A stretch of DNA of 59,984 bases, the filler included. It is 8 parts of 8 records of this genome, joined end to end, with 100 filler letters (N's around TTAATTAATTAA, not from the genome) between each part and the next. Parts side by side here need not be neighbours in the genome. Positions count along the whole stretch, not along the records: positions 1 to 5,603 come from SRR31147125_2106; positions 5,704 to 13,059 come from SRR31147125_2109; 6 more parts are not named here. One strand, 5' to 3'. Under the pieces are notes generated by a model. It ran no database searches. It was given only the letters and a program-made list of their open reading frames with translations, and was not told where the DNA came from. The position numbers and the translations under genes were made by a program. Below are positions 1 through 10,285 of this stretch, piece after piece (within the stretch, counting starts at the first letter, position 1; each line of letters opens with the position of its first letter).

Positions 1-278
1 GCATCCAGCCTTTTTATCACCATCCAATAATTATCAGAATCAACCGCTTCCAATTGCTGCCTAGTTACCTTGGCACTATACGTATCAATAATATCTTCTG
101 ATGGCTCTTTTAATCTGTATGACAAGTCGTTTTCACCATTAGAAAACTCATCAGGACCTATTGAAACACTCTTAATATCTTTGTATATAAATATCTGTTG
201 CCAAAACGCAAACACCATTATACATATAAGTATTATAGAATAAACAAGGAACAAATTTCGGTTCTTTATATTGCTCAT
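1..278 (-). CDS. Hypothetical protein with N-terminal membrane anchor (truncated at window start)
   Basis: Read by hand: GGAGG RBS, then ATG at 278 (MSNIKNRNLFLVYSIILICIMVFAFWQQ...); frame stays open to base 1. Not in the ORF track. Confidence 0.7.
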   Translation of the reverse strand, partial: MSNIKNRNLFLVYSIILICIMVFAFWQQIFIYKDIKSVSIGPDEFSNGENDLSYRLKEPSEDIIDTYSAKVTRQQLEAVDSDNYWMVIKRLD

Positions 279-451
279 TTTTCCTCCAATAAGTATAGCA
301 AACTAGAAAATCTTAAGATAAAACTCAGTCACTTATATTTTTTAAAAATATTAAATTCGTGACGAAGTAAATATCCAATTACTTATAATAAAATTATACC
401 TTTATATACACTTATTAGCAAGCCAATCTTCGCCTGCTTCCCTTTGCTATA

Positions 452-1636
452 TTATGATATCTCTTCATACAAGCTCTTTATTAACTGTCTATATGTTGCA
501 ATACTCGTTATTTTCATATCTGAATTAACAAAGCAAATAACGCCCTTGTTATTGTTTGGGGCAAAAAAAACAAAAGTAGTAATACCAGGGTCTCCGCCAC
601 TATGGCCAGGTGCTATTCCATCACTATTGATCAATAATTCTGACGTTGACTTTAGATACCATGTAAGGCCAAAATCCTCTGTTATATTATCTATTTGTGG
701 TGAAAGAATTTGCTTAACTGTTTCTTCTTTTAAAATTTGAACCCCGTTATAAGTTCCGTTATTCATCATCATACTGATGAATTTTTGAAAATCACCAACA
801 CTAGTACGTAAAGTCCCGTCTGGATAAGTTGCAAAACCATAGTGTGGCAAAGGCTTTCCACCAGAGTAAGGTACTGCAATTTTGCTTTCATCTAGTTCCG
901 ATATCATCCATGCTGTATTATTCATAGCCAGCGGCTCAAATATATTTTGATTACAATATTCGTTAAACGGCATACCAGATACGGTTTCTACAATATAGCC
1001 GAGTAATGCATAACCGCAGTTAGAATACACATGCGCAGTTGCAGGAGGCTTATCCAAGAAATTCTGCTCTGCATCATAATACTTTCCGTCTTTCATAAAA
1101 TAACCTTGTACAAAATCTGAAAGGGTAACTTTGCAGTCTCCACCTCCGCTGCTAATAGTATAAAACTGATCATACACTTCCCAATTATCTGCTATTGAAG
1201 ACGTATGCGTAAGCAAATTCCTTACTGTAATAATTTCGTTTTTAAAGTTTGGGTTAAAAATATCAAAAAAAATATAATCATTAATATCCCTATCTAAATC
1301 CAGCTTCTCTTGCTCTACCAGCTGCATAACAGCACAGCCCGTAACGGTTTTTGATATTGAAGCTATCTGAAAAATTGTGTCCTCATTAATATCACTATTG
1401 TTCTCTATATCCATTTTCCCATAGGAATAGAAAGACTCCAAACTATCATCATCAATAATCCCAACTGCAATGCCTGCAACATCCATCTTATCATATGCAA
1501 GCTCTATGTAATCTCCTATATCATCAGGACCATTAAATATCATATTTGGCATTATAAATATTGCAAATAATAATATGATTAAACCAATTAAGGCAAGTAG
1601 TATATATCCTAATATTTTAAGTATTTTCATTAACAT
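452..1636 (-). CDS. Serine hydrolase, beta-lactamase class C/AmpC-like family, N-terminally anchored
   Basis: Catalytic motifs SxxK (ASISK), YxN (YSN) and HSG; LLTHTSS; N-terminal TM helix. Start moved to ATG 1636 (or 1630) after AAGAAAGG. Confidence 0.9.
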   Translation of the reverse strand: MLMKILKILGYILLALIGLIILLFAIFIMPNMIFNGPDDIGDYIELAYDKMDVAGIAVGIIDDDSLESFYSYGKMDIENNSDINEDTIFQIASISKTVTGCAVMQLVEQEKLDLDRDINDYIFFDIFNPNFKNEIITVRNLLTHTSSIADNWEVYDQFYTISSGGGDCKVTLSDFVQGYFMKDGKYYDAEQNFLDKPPATAHVYSNCGYALLGYIVETVSGMPFNEYCNQNIFEPLAMNNTAWMISELDESKIAVPYSGGKPLPHYGFATYPDGTLRTSVGDFQKFISMMMNNGTYNGVQILKEETVKQILSPQIDNITEDFGLTWYLKSTSELLINSDGIAPGHSGGDPGITTFVFFAPNNNKGVICFVNSDMKITSIATYRQLIKSLYEEIS

Positions 1637-1757
1637 ACCTTTCTTTAACTGGTTTGTGTTTTTCCATATCTTATGTATCATAGCATATTTTTCTGTAAGG
1701 TTTCAGTTATTTATGTTATCATTATTTAAAATATTAGCAAAAGTATAGGAATATATA

Positions 1758-2477
1758 ATGTCCATTAAAAACATATTCACGCTTATATTGTTAACATTTA
1801 TACCAGCCTTGCTAATCGAATTTAGCTATGTATTGTTTGTAAACATAACTGATAGTTTTTCTTTACCCAATATTTGTGCTTTATCTATGTCGGTATTACT
1901 TGTAATGCTTCCTGTTATGATCGGTATAATTTTAGTTTACAGCAAAAAGCAACTTGGCCGTATATCTTTAAGCAAAATGATATTATATAAAAATCCGCTA
2001 GAACCTAAGAAATTTATTCTTTATACTTCTGTTTTGTTTTGTATTGGAGCAATCGTGTTTGTTTTAGCAAAACCAATGGATAATTTTATTTATGAAAACT
2101 TTTTTAATTTCATTCCACAAAAATACGTTTTATCAATAAACCCCAAAAACCATACAGATATACAATTATTAACCGCATTGTTTTGCTCAATTTTTATAAC
2201 AGGCATAATTGGCCCTGTGGTTGAAGAGATTTACTTTAGAGGTTTTTTGTTACCAAGAATGGAGTGGATGGGATATTTCGCACCCATCCTTAATGCAGTT
2301 TTATTTTCGGCCTATCACTTTTGGTCACCATGGCAATTTATTACACGCGTTATCTTTTTAGTTCCTTTTTGCTATGCTTCGTATAAAACAAAAAATCTTA
2401 AACTTACAATTGTCGTACACTGTCTATTCAACATTCTTGGAGATGGCATAAGTATATTATTGATGATCATTCATTAA
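1758..2477 (+). CDS. CPBP (CAAX/Abi) family intramembrane metalloprotease
   Basis: EEIYFRG, FSAYH and HCLFN motifs; multiple TM helices. Confidence 0.9.
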   Translation: MSIKNIFTLILLTFIPALLIEFSYVLFVNITDSFSLPNICALSMSVLLVMLPVMIGIILVYSKKQLGRISLSKMILYKNPLEPKKFILYTSVLFCIGAIVFVLAKPMDNFIYENFFNFIPQKYVLSINPKNHTDIQLLTALFCSIFITGIIGPVVEEIYFRGFLLPRMEWMGYFAPILNAVLFSAYHFWSPWQFITRVIFLVPFCYASYKTKNLKLTIVVHCLFNILGDGISILLMIIH

Positions 2478-2480
2478 TTT

Positions 2481-2521
2481 AAAATCACCAGCCACCCATT
2501 TGAAAGATAGCTGATGATTTT
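2481..2521. terminator. Bidirectional stem-loop between convergent genes
   Basis: AAAATCACCAGC...GCTGATGATTTT inverted repeat with A/T flanks. Confidence 0.6.
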
Positions 2522-2563
2522 ATTAGCAAAACAAACTCTCTAATTGAAAAAAATATTAAAATA

Positions 2564-3336
2564 TTACTTTAGCGAAGGATTTTTAACCATATAATAAATA
2601 TTTACAACACCAAGCAAAACCAAACATACAGCTACGGTAGTTATTATTTGAGGATATCCACCATTGAATCCGTTACTAGATATATGTTTAATTAAAATAC
2701 CAATATATGCCCACACAATTACAAGCCCATATGCATAATCCTTATTATTAATAATAGTAGCAATACCAATAACAGCACCAACTCCGATTATTACAGCCGC
2801 GCATACTGGCTCGGAAAACAAAAACCCGTCAAAACCAATACTAACCAAAAAAGCAGTTATATTAGCGATAGTTGCAACTGTAATCCACCCAAAATATACG
2901 CTAAACGGCAATTTTACAAAAAATCTTTCTTCACCACTTAAGTCTTGTTTTCTTATAGTATTTACTATTATTATGAGGCATATTAAAATACCAAGCATTA
3001 AAAAAACCGTCAAAGTTATAATTTTGTAATGCCAAGCGAATATCAAGCAGAATTAATGAGAGAAGAAACTGAAAATACAGCCCCGATTTTAAGCAGCATT
3101 TTTGTGTTTTTTTCCTCATTTTTTGATAGAGCAATGGTTTGATATACTACGAACGCCGCCAATAGCAAGTAGATTAATCCCCAAATACTAAAGGTCAGTC
3201 CTGCAGGTGCAAAAAGGTTTGCATAATAATCCGACACTTCACCTGTTCCAATCCCGTTAATAGGCAGAATGTTAGCCAGTGCATTTACGACAACCATGAT
3301 GATAAAAGTTACAATTACAATAATTCTATTTTTCAT
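2564..3336 (-). CDS. Tryptophan-rich sensory (TspO/MBR-like) membrane protein, split by one frameshift near 3045
   Basis: NALANILPING...FAPAGLTFSIWGLIY in the N-half and W-I-F-A-W-H-Y...PFSVYFGWITVAT in the C-half; restoring one G (TG->TGG) joins ORFs 3043-3345 and 2564-3046. Confidence 0.8.
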
Positions 3337-3378
3337 AATTCCCATCTCCTTATTTTGTTTTCCATTAAAATACTATCA

Positions 3379-4374
3379 TCAACTACTCTGATTCGTTTTA
3401 ATACTAAACAAACCCGAAAATACCCACGCAATAACAAAAACCAGCCCATACAATATAATAGGTATCCATGTGATTTGATGTATATCAGCAATTGTATTTG
3501 CGTTTCCAAATACTCCGCTATATACAAGCACTGCCATTGCTATGTATACTATTGTTGCGCAAATCAAAGCTGTTTTATTAGATATAATACCGTACATACC
3601 CGTTACAATAAACATCGTTAAGAATCCAAACATAAACATCGGCCACATACCGTTGGCAGCTTCGATAGCGACAAGCGCACCATGAAACGCTACATATACT
3701 TCTAGCAAAGTTATCCAGTTTATGTTGTTGTGAAATTTAGTTTTGCCTAATGACATTTGGAGCATCAGCATAAACATATAAAAAAAGCCCAGCAAGTGTC
3801 CTAAAGTTCCCTCTGTTGGATGAAACCAAAAAGTATACACAAGCGCCCACGCAATATAATATGAATGAATCTTATATGCTCCGCCAACTCCCATTGCAGG
3901 CAATTTTACTTTTTTACCAAAGAATAATCCGCGCCTATTATTTGTCATTATCAAAACAATAACCAGCATCACTATAACAGAGCCTTGAGATGACATAACA
4001 GGTACATATTGCGCTAAGCCATCGTAGAATAGCGCAGTTTGTAGCATATGCAAAATTACAAACACGCCATTCACAATCAAAAGCTTCATATTAACGGAGC
4101 CAACTTCTCCATCATTTAGCTTAGGCTGATTTTGCAATTTTTTTATAAGATACCATACTGCAATTTGATGAGAGAGATACAAAAACCAAGCGGTAACGGT
4201 TGCCCATAAGCTAATTTGCGGCAGTTTCCAATAGTACCATGCGGCTCCTGTATCGGGCAACAAGGTTGATTGAAATCTACCCAGTGTTAATGATACAAGA
4301 TAAATTCCAATGACAAAAATGGTCATAGCAACAAATGATAGTGTTACAGTTTTCTTTAAATTGTAAGTTTTCAT
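3379..4374 (-). CDS. Uncharacterised polytopic membrane protein rich in His/Trp
   Basis: 331 aa, about 9-10 TM segments; motifs PDTGAAWYYWKLP, HQIAVW, HMLQT, YDGLAQ, HSYYIAW, FWFHP, GHLLGF. Confidence 0.8.
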   Translation of the reverse strand: MKTYNLKKTVTLSFVAMTIFVIGIYLVSLTLGRFQSTLLPDTGAAWYYWKLPQISLWATVTAWFLYLSHQIAVWYLIKKLQNQPKLNDGEVGSVNMKLLIVNGVFVILHMLQTALFYDGLAQYVPVMSSQGSVIVMLVIVLIMTNNRRGLFFGKKVKLPAMGVGGAYKIHSYYIAWALVYTFWFHPTEGTLGHLLGFFYMFMLMLQMSLGKTKFHNNINWITLLEVYVAFHGALVAIEAANGMWPMFMFGFLTMFIVTGMYGIISNKTALICATIVYIAMAVLVYSGVFGNANTIADIHQITWIPIILYGLVFVIAWVFSGLFSIKTNQSS

Positions 4375-4642
4375 CTTTTACCCCTTTTATTTCATAATTC
4401 TAATATTCTAAAAATCTATATTGACATCAAATTATAATTAAACAGAAATAAGATATAAAAAAGCAAACTCTTTAAAATATAAGCGTTTTATAAGCGAGAA
4501 GATAAGAAGTTGTTTTACTAAATTATGTGTTATCATATTATACCATTTATTCAAATTAAAATCACTCTTATACTTCAATAACCGTATTTTCTGGCATAAA
4601 AAAAATAGTCAGTCGAAAAAAGCCTATTACTAATATTGTTTC

Positions 4643-4671
4643 TTGACAAATATGAATCCCAGCAATATAAT
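4643..4671 (+). promoter_or_regulatory. Consensus sigma70/sigmaA promoter of tetR
   Basis: TTGACA (4643-4648), 17-bp spacer, TATAAT (4666-4671). Confidence 0.85.
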
Positions 4672-4690
4672 TAAATAAACGTTTAATTAA
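4671..4690. promoter_or_regulatory. Putative TetR operator 1
   Basis: TTAAATAAACGTTTAATTAA, near-perfect 20-bp palindrome overlapping the expected transcription start; second copy at 5344. Confidence 0.75.
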
Positions 4691-4704
4691 TGCTGAGGTT
4701 TATT

Positions 4705-5325
4705 TTGAAGGAAAGAAATAAAGAAGCAACTCGCAAGTTAATATTAGATACTGCACTCAATAAGTTTGCAGAAAAAGGCTTTGATGGTGCAAGCATTAGC
4801 CAGATAGCAAAGGAAGCGGATGTGAATCAGGCTTTAATTTATTATTACTTTGAAAACAAGCAAGCAATGCTAGATGAGATTATGAACAATTTTATTAATA
4901 CTGCTAATGGTTTTCTTATCGATATTGCTAAATATGGATATGCATACGGATCAAGCGAGATGGAACAACAGATGCATTTATATAACACATACTTTATAAA
5001 AAATGACAAAGCATTACGATTGTTACTTACAGAATCATTAAAAGATAGCTATGATGTTCCGCCAATACTCCGACTTATCGATATGAAGTCGCAAGAACTT
5101 GACGAGGAAAGTGTAATATATGAAATGAACGCAAAGGGTTTTAACTTTGACGAAAATGATTTGCAGAGAAAGGTAACGGAATTTTTTACAGGCATTATGC
5201 CTACAGTTATTTTTAGTTTGCTTAGAGATAAGTGGTGTAATCATTTTAAAATATCACACGAAAAACTTGATGAGATGTTTCGCAGCGCCGAGGATGCGAC
5301 TCATAACAAACATCATGAGGAATAA
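4705..5325 (+). CDS. TetR/AcrR family transcriptional regulator
   Basis: ILDTALNKFAEKGFDGASISQIAKEADVNQALIYYYFENK HTH. Likely TTG start at 4705 after GAGGT (ORF track starts at 4690). Confidence 0.93.
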   Translation: MKERNKEATRKLILDTALNKFAEKGFDGASISQIAKEADVNQALIYYYFENKQAMLDEIMNNFINTANGFLIDIAKYGYAYGSSEMEQQMHLYNTYFIKNDKALRLLLTESLKDSYDVPPILRLIDMKSQELDEESVIYEMNAKGFNFDENDLQRKVTEFFTGIMPTVIFSLLRDKWCNHFKISHEKLDEMFRSAEDATHNKHHEE

Positions 5326-5343
5326 TTTATTTTTTAACCATTA

Positions 5344-5363
5344 TTAATTGAACGTTTAATTAA
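5344..5363. promoter_or_regulatory. Putative TetR operator 2
   Basis: TTAATTGAACGTTTAATTAA, 18/20 identical to operator 1, directly before the GGAGG RBS of the next gene. Confidence 0.75.
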
Positions 5364-5375
5364 TGGAGGTGTATC

Positions 5376-5603
5376 ATGATAGAAATTTTTTATTATTCAG
5401 GAACTGGCTATACTCTTTCCGCTGCAAGAATATTGCAAAAAGAAATGATTGGCGATGTAAAGTTAACACCCATAGTTAGTATAATGGGACAAAAAGAAAT
5501 AATAATCGAAGCAAATGTAATAGGTTTTTTGATGCCTATGCACGCATTTGGTGTGCCACGTGCTTTTATCGAATTTTTAATCAGATAAAAATAATCAAAG
5601 CAG
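5376..5603 (+). CDS. EFR1-type flavodoxin/ferredoxin, N-terminal part (truncated by contig end)
   Basis: IFYYSGTGYT and IGFLMPMHAFGVP flavodoxin-like motifs. The stop at 5588 is probably a homopolymer slip. Confidence 0.75.
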
Positions 5604-5703
5604 NNNNNNNNNNNNNNNNNNNNNNNNNNNNNNNNNNNNNNNNNNNNTTAATTAATTAANNNNNNNNNNNNNNNNNNNNNNNNNNNNNNNNNNNNNNNNN
5701 NNN
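5604..5703. other. Artificial contig spacer
   Basis: 44 N + TTAATTAATTAA (stops in all frames) + 44 N. Confidence 0.99.
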
Positions 5704-8458
5704 TTCTCATAGTAAAAATTTTCTGTGTTTCCAACCAAACTGTCCCCGTTTGTGTCAAATGTATAGGTTGTAATCTTCGTTAATGGTTTCCAAATAGAAA
5801 AAATATCATATCCAACTACAGAATAAACTTCGTTTGCATGGTGATCTATTACGTAATCACTCCCACTTGCACAAGGATGTTTAATGGTAACAGTTTCAAT
5901 TTTAGCATCGGGGAGTAAACAATTACCGCCGACTTTATACCAGTGTTGATGATCTGTTGAACAATATTGATAGGTAAAAGATTCATTTTTTAAATCTTCT
6001 GTACATTGAGTTACAATTTCACCGCTACAACATGGATCATAATTTTTTTGGATAACATACCCTTTTACCACATCTACAATTTTTTCTTCGTACTCGTATT
6101 TTATCTTTTTCAGTTTGACCATTTGACCATTTCTTACTTTAAAAGATATTTCTTCTAATTTTCGACCATTGTCCCAACTTAAATTTAACCTTGGAGAACC
6201 GTGTAAGAAATCTGTACCCCATATAACATAGTTAGATCCATCTTTTTCTGCCACAAAATGATATTGTGTTCCTCCATTTTCAAAATTTTCTCCATCAGAA
6301 ACGGTCACATAAGGGTAATAGACGCTTTGTCCGGAAGTATTATAGATAGAATGCAAACTACTTGAGTGTAATTTTAGTTGGTAACAATCTACACTTGAAC
6401 AAGCAAGACCGGTATTGCATAACTTATAATGAATTTTTTCATAAAACAATTTGTTTTCCATGAAGATAGGATTTGCATTATCCCTTTTTAGATATGTATT
6501 GTAAAAATATCTTTTGGTATTCGTCCCTAATGAATTGGTTATTTTTTGAACACGTAATCCCCCTAATTCATATTCTTTCCCAACTACTAAATCCTGACTT
6601 TCAATTTTTATATCATAAGACACATAAGATTTTATGTTAAGGCCTCTCGCTGTTATCCTTAGCGAATAGAATTCCTCTTTATTTAAAGGGGCAGAAAATT
6701 GCAATTCTTTGGATGTTGGTTGTCCATCTATAATTGCTATATCAGTAATATGGAAATCCAATGAATTGCTATAAACTATTTCATCTGCATTATCACGTAA
6801 TTCAATTGTGCCTTCCATTCTGCCGGTACCTATCTCACATTTATCAGCATAATCACAAAATCTCAATTGATATGTAAAATCAACCGTCTGATCTTTGTTT
6901 ACAATAATGACATCGCTGTTATCATTTAGCCCACCTTCATCCAATGAAGTGATAAAAAGAGATTTATGTTGAGTTATAGATTCCGATTCCCCTACAACTG
7001 TATTTATAAATTTATTAGCTTCATAGTGAATTGTGGATATGGCTTTTGTCGGATACGTAATTTGTTTTAAAATCCCTTTTGCTGCATATGCTGAATTTGG
7101 ATCTCTATCCGTTTTCAAATTTCCCGGGAATATATCTTTTAGTCCCTCTGGAGGTGAGGGGACAAAATAAGTATTAGATTTACCATTGAAATACCCCCAA
7201 TAATCCTGCGAAAAAGAAAGTCTGGGAGGCAAAGCATTAATATCTTCGTAGCTAAAAGTATACGGTTCTTTACCTTCCTCTTTAAAAGTTTTAAGAAATA
7301 ACCTATGATTTACTTCTTCATCCAAGACGTCAGGATTTTTAAAATCAGAATTTGCATGATCAGATTCTATATATTCGAATAAAAATTTCTTTTTTGGATT
7401 GATATTATCAAAAGTATTGAATACCCTTATCTCGTTGAGCTGATAATCATTAAGGTCATTTCTGGTTTTACTGGATAAAAAATCTATTTTCCCAAAAGAC
7501 TCATTTTCAATGTAGTCCAATGTTTTCCCTTTAACTTGTAATTCTTTATAACATTTTGTATCAATTGGTGATTGGGAGCAGCCTCCCTCACCTGATGGAT
7601 TCCAAACTGTATTAATTGGTCTCGTTAACGTTTGATGAACTCCTGTTAAATAAGTATACGTATTATCTTTATAATAAAATTTAATGGTATCACCAGAGGG
7701 ATGTTCTATTCTGGTCAAATACCAGGCTGTTTCAGTATGGATATCAAAAGTTTTTCCACAGTTTTCTCCATACTGGAAATTTCTCGACGTTTCGGCATCA
7801 AGAAAATAATACTTGACACCATCTGGTGTAATAATTATAAAACCCGCTTTACTTTCTTCTACATATGAATCAATGTATAGGTTTTCATTTGGAATTTGGG
7901 CAAAACGTTGTTGCTTTCTGTCAAAAACAAATTTGCCAGTGAATCCGGGGAAATTATAATTAAAATTATCAGGTTGGTTATCAAACCCCTCTCTTGCTGC
8001 ACGTTCAACATATTCTGCAGCTAATGGATTCAGTTCAGACATATCATCAGGGGGATCATGGAAGTCCATTCATCCGGTTCGTCCATTACCGTCCTGGTTA
8101 TTACCCCACCAGCATTAAGTGACCACCCAAGACCAACCCAGGAAGCAATTTGGTCGACTTTCACTCCATTTGATGAATAGTTAAGAGAAATAGGCAATTC
8201 TAAATTCCGGGTCTTAAAATTATAAATAGGGATGTTAAATTGAGCAGCTCCCGTGTGCATCCCAACAGGTACATCACCATATTTTCCTAAACTATATGCA
8301 GTTGGGGAAGGGGGTAATATATCGTTATTCTCTTGTGACTTTATCTCTGGTTCTGAGCCAACCAAATATTGCGTGAAAATCAATTGAAATATAATTGTAT
8401 AAATAATGGGATTATTAATACTTAATTTCTGATTGTTATTTAGTCTAACAAAATTCAT
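5704..8458 (-). CDS. Large Bacteroidota YD/Rhs-associated secreted protein (frameshift near 8052; truncated by contig end)
   Basis: N-terminus PPSPTAYSLGKYGDVPVGMHTG...LPISLNY...GVKVDQIASWVGLGWSLNAGGVITRTV; later AWYLTRI, QDYWGYFNG, LKQITYPT and GGLRV motifs typical of this family. One missing base in the G5 run would join the two ORFs. Confidence 0.8.
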
Positions 8459-8476
8459 TTTCTCTACAAATTTGAT

Positions 8477-10096
8477 TTAATATCTATAAACAGGAATTTT
8501 AGCCTCCCCCGTCACCATTACCTTACTCTCCTTAACAACCCTCCCCTTAGAGTTTGTTAACGTGAGCACATAAATACCAGGAGATGCACTTAGTTTTACA
8601 GGAACAACGGTAACAGCACCACTCCGGTAAATATCTTTATTAAACATCCCATAGCCATTGGCTGCGTTTACACGGAGCATATATTCAGAGTCTTCCGCCT
8701 CGGTAATAACTACCCTAAAATCACCATTGCTTGGGTTAGGGAATGTTACAAGTTGTAGGTTGGCATCTTCCTGAAAATTTTCTTCATCTTCCAGTTCTTC
8801 TATAAACTCTGGCAGTAACATTGCCCCATATTCATTTGCCCCAATATCAATAACTTCATTGTTTATGCGGTACCTGCCAGAATTGTCGGAAGCCGGCAGG
8901 TCAATATCTTCTAATTGGGACAGACCTGCATCTACACAAGGGGACATCTTATCAAGTCCGTAGAATAAGGTGTCATTATTGATAAACCGGGGATCTTCAT
9001 CGATGCCGTAAACAGTTTCTTCTATGTATGAACCATAATTAGGGAAAGCTTCAAATCCCACGCTACCACCTTGTATATTGCAGTAATAAAATGCAGGATT
9101 CGATTTTAGGAACAAATAACCCTGGTTCTCTTTTCCCGGTGCATAGTTTCCCCAAAAAATAGAATTGATAAAATGGGTAGAACTGTTTTTCATGTGCACA
9201 GCACCGCCATTAATCTCTGCTTTGTTATCGGTTATGGTATTGTTGATTAATGTTGATTTATCTTCTTTAAAGGCTAAACCGGCACCAAACCTGGCCCCAT
9301 TTTCTGAAATAATGTTGTTGAACCAATACCCTTTCATTTTGGAACTGCTAATACCGCCCCCTGTATTAAATGCTTTGTTGTTGCTTATTTTGCTATTCTT
9401 TAACATCAGCTCAGAACCTGAAACATAAATACCGCCTCCTTCGGATATTGCCGTATTACTGAAGATCTTACAATATTCAAGTTTTACTGATGAGTTTTTT
9501 ATGTATAGCCCGGCACCAAGGAGAGCCGAATTTTGTGAAATTTCTGTATGTTTTACTTTTAAGTAATGGTAATTAATAACAGCAATTGCCCCTCCAAGTG
9601 CGTTTTCTATGCTTTTGCCTGTGGCATCTGCATTCATAATGCTGCACCACTCCAATTTTGAACTGTCGGCTGCATTATTGCTGAACTTTATCCCCATCCA
9701 CAAATCTTTCTTTTCTGTGATGGAGTCTGGTACAGAAAAAACAATTGGCAAATCCTCTGTTCCTTCGGCAACGAGTTTTCCTTTTACAGAAAGTTTATAT
9801 TTACCGGTAAACAACACCTCTGCACCGGGTTCAATTTCTAACTTAGAGTCTTTTGCAATCTCAATATCTTGTTGCACAACATAAGGTGATTTGTGCTGTG
9901 TCCATTTGCCGCTGACCTCATTTTCATTTACAATTGTTTGTGCATTTGCTATTGAAAAATTTACCGACATCAGATAAATAATTGATATTGAAATGAAGAT
10001 TGGTATAAGCCTTGCAAAAACAGCAACCGGAGTTTTTTGGTAGCGTATATTTTGTCTCAAATTATGACGCCTTAATTTATATCTTCGTTTATCCAT
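8477..10096 (-). CDS. Right-handed parallel beta-helix protein with C-terminal T9SS sorting domain
   Basis: GKWTQHKSPYVV..IEPG; Pmp-like GGAI/GGGI and FxxN repeats; SPCVDAG...DIGANE; C-terminal FPNPSNG...PGIYVL...KV T9SS CTD. Confidence 0.85.
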   Translation of the reverse strand: MDKRRYKLRRHNLRQNIRYQKTPVAVFARLIPIFISISIIYLMSVNFSIANAQTIVNENEVSGKWTQHKSPYVVQQDIEIAKDSKLEIEPGAEVLFTGKYKLSVKGKLVAEGTEDLPIVFSVPDSITEKKDLWMGIKFSNNAADSSKLEWCSIMNADATGKSIENALGGAIAVINYHYLKVKHTEISQNSALLGAGLYIKNSSVKLEYCKIFSNTAISEGGGIYVSGSELMLKNSKISNNKAFNTGGGISSSKMKGYWFNNIISENGARFGAGLAFKEDKSTLINNTITDNKAEINGGAVHMKNSSTHFINSIFWGNYAPGKENQGYLFLKSNPAFYYCNIQGGSVGFEAFPNYGSYIEETVYGIDEDPRFINNDTLFYGLDKMSPCVDAGLSQLEDIDLPASDNSGRYRINNEVIDIGANEYGAMLLPEFIEELEDEENFQEDANLQLVTFPNPSNGDFRVVITEAEDSEYMLRVNAANGYGMFNKDIYRSGAVTVVPVKLSASPGIYVLTLTNSKGRVVKESKVMVTGEAKIPVYRY

Positions 10097-10122
10097 TTTT
10101 TATAGTGTTCATTACAAAAAGC

Positions 10123-10266
10123 CCCCCTAAATCCCCCTCAGAGGGAGACCTTTGGCCAGGTCTCTGGTAATACATTATTTCTATTTTTCTTTTGATTTAA
10201 TCAAAATAATTAGCCGTTAAATGCCTTGCCCCACTTGAAGTCCCCGTTTGAGGGGGATTTAAGGGG
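10123..10266. repeat. REP-like inverted doublet (REPIN-like)
   Basis: CCCCCTAAATCCCCCTCAGAGGGAGAC (10123-10149) and inverted copy GTCCCCGTTTGAGGGGGATTTAAGGGG (10240-10266). Confidence 0.75.
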
Positions 10267-10285
10267 TCATAGTAAATTTCCAGCC

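Noticed and set aside
452-1681. Antibiotic-resistance beta-lactamase
   Set aside because: HSG in place of KTG and a membrane anchor fit the broad serine hydrolase/peptidase family; resistance function cannot be claimed.
5648-5659. TTAATTAATTAA repeated seven times at intervals
   Set aside because: Always embedded in N44 blocks; an artificial all-frame stop linker, not a biological repeat or CRISPR.
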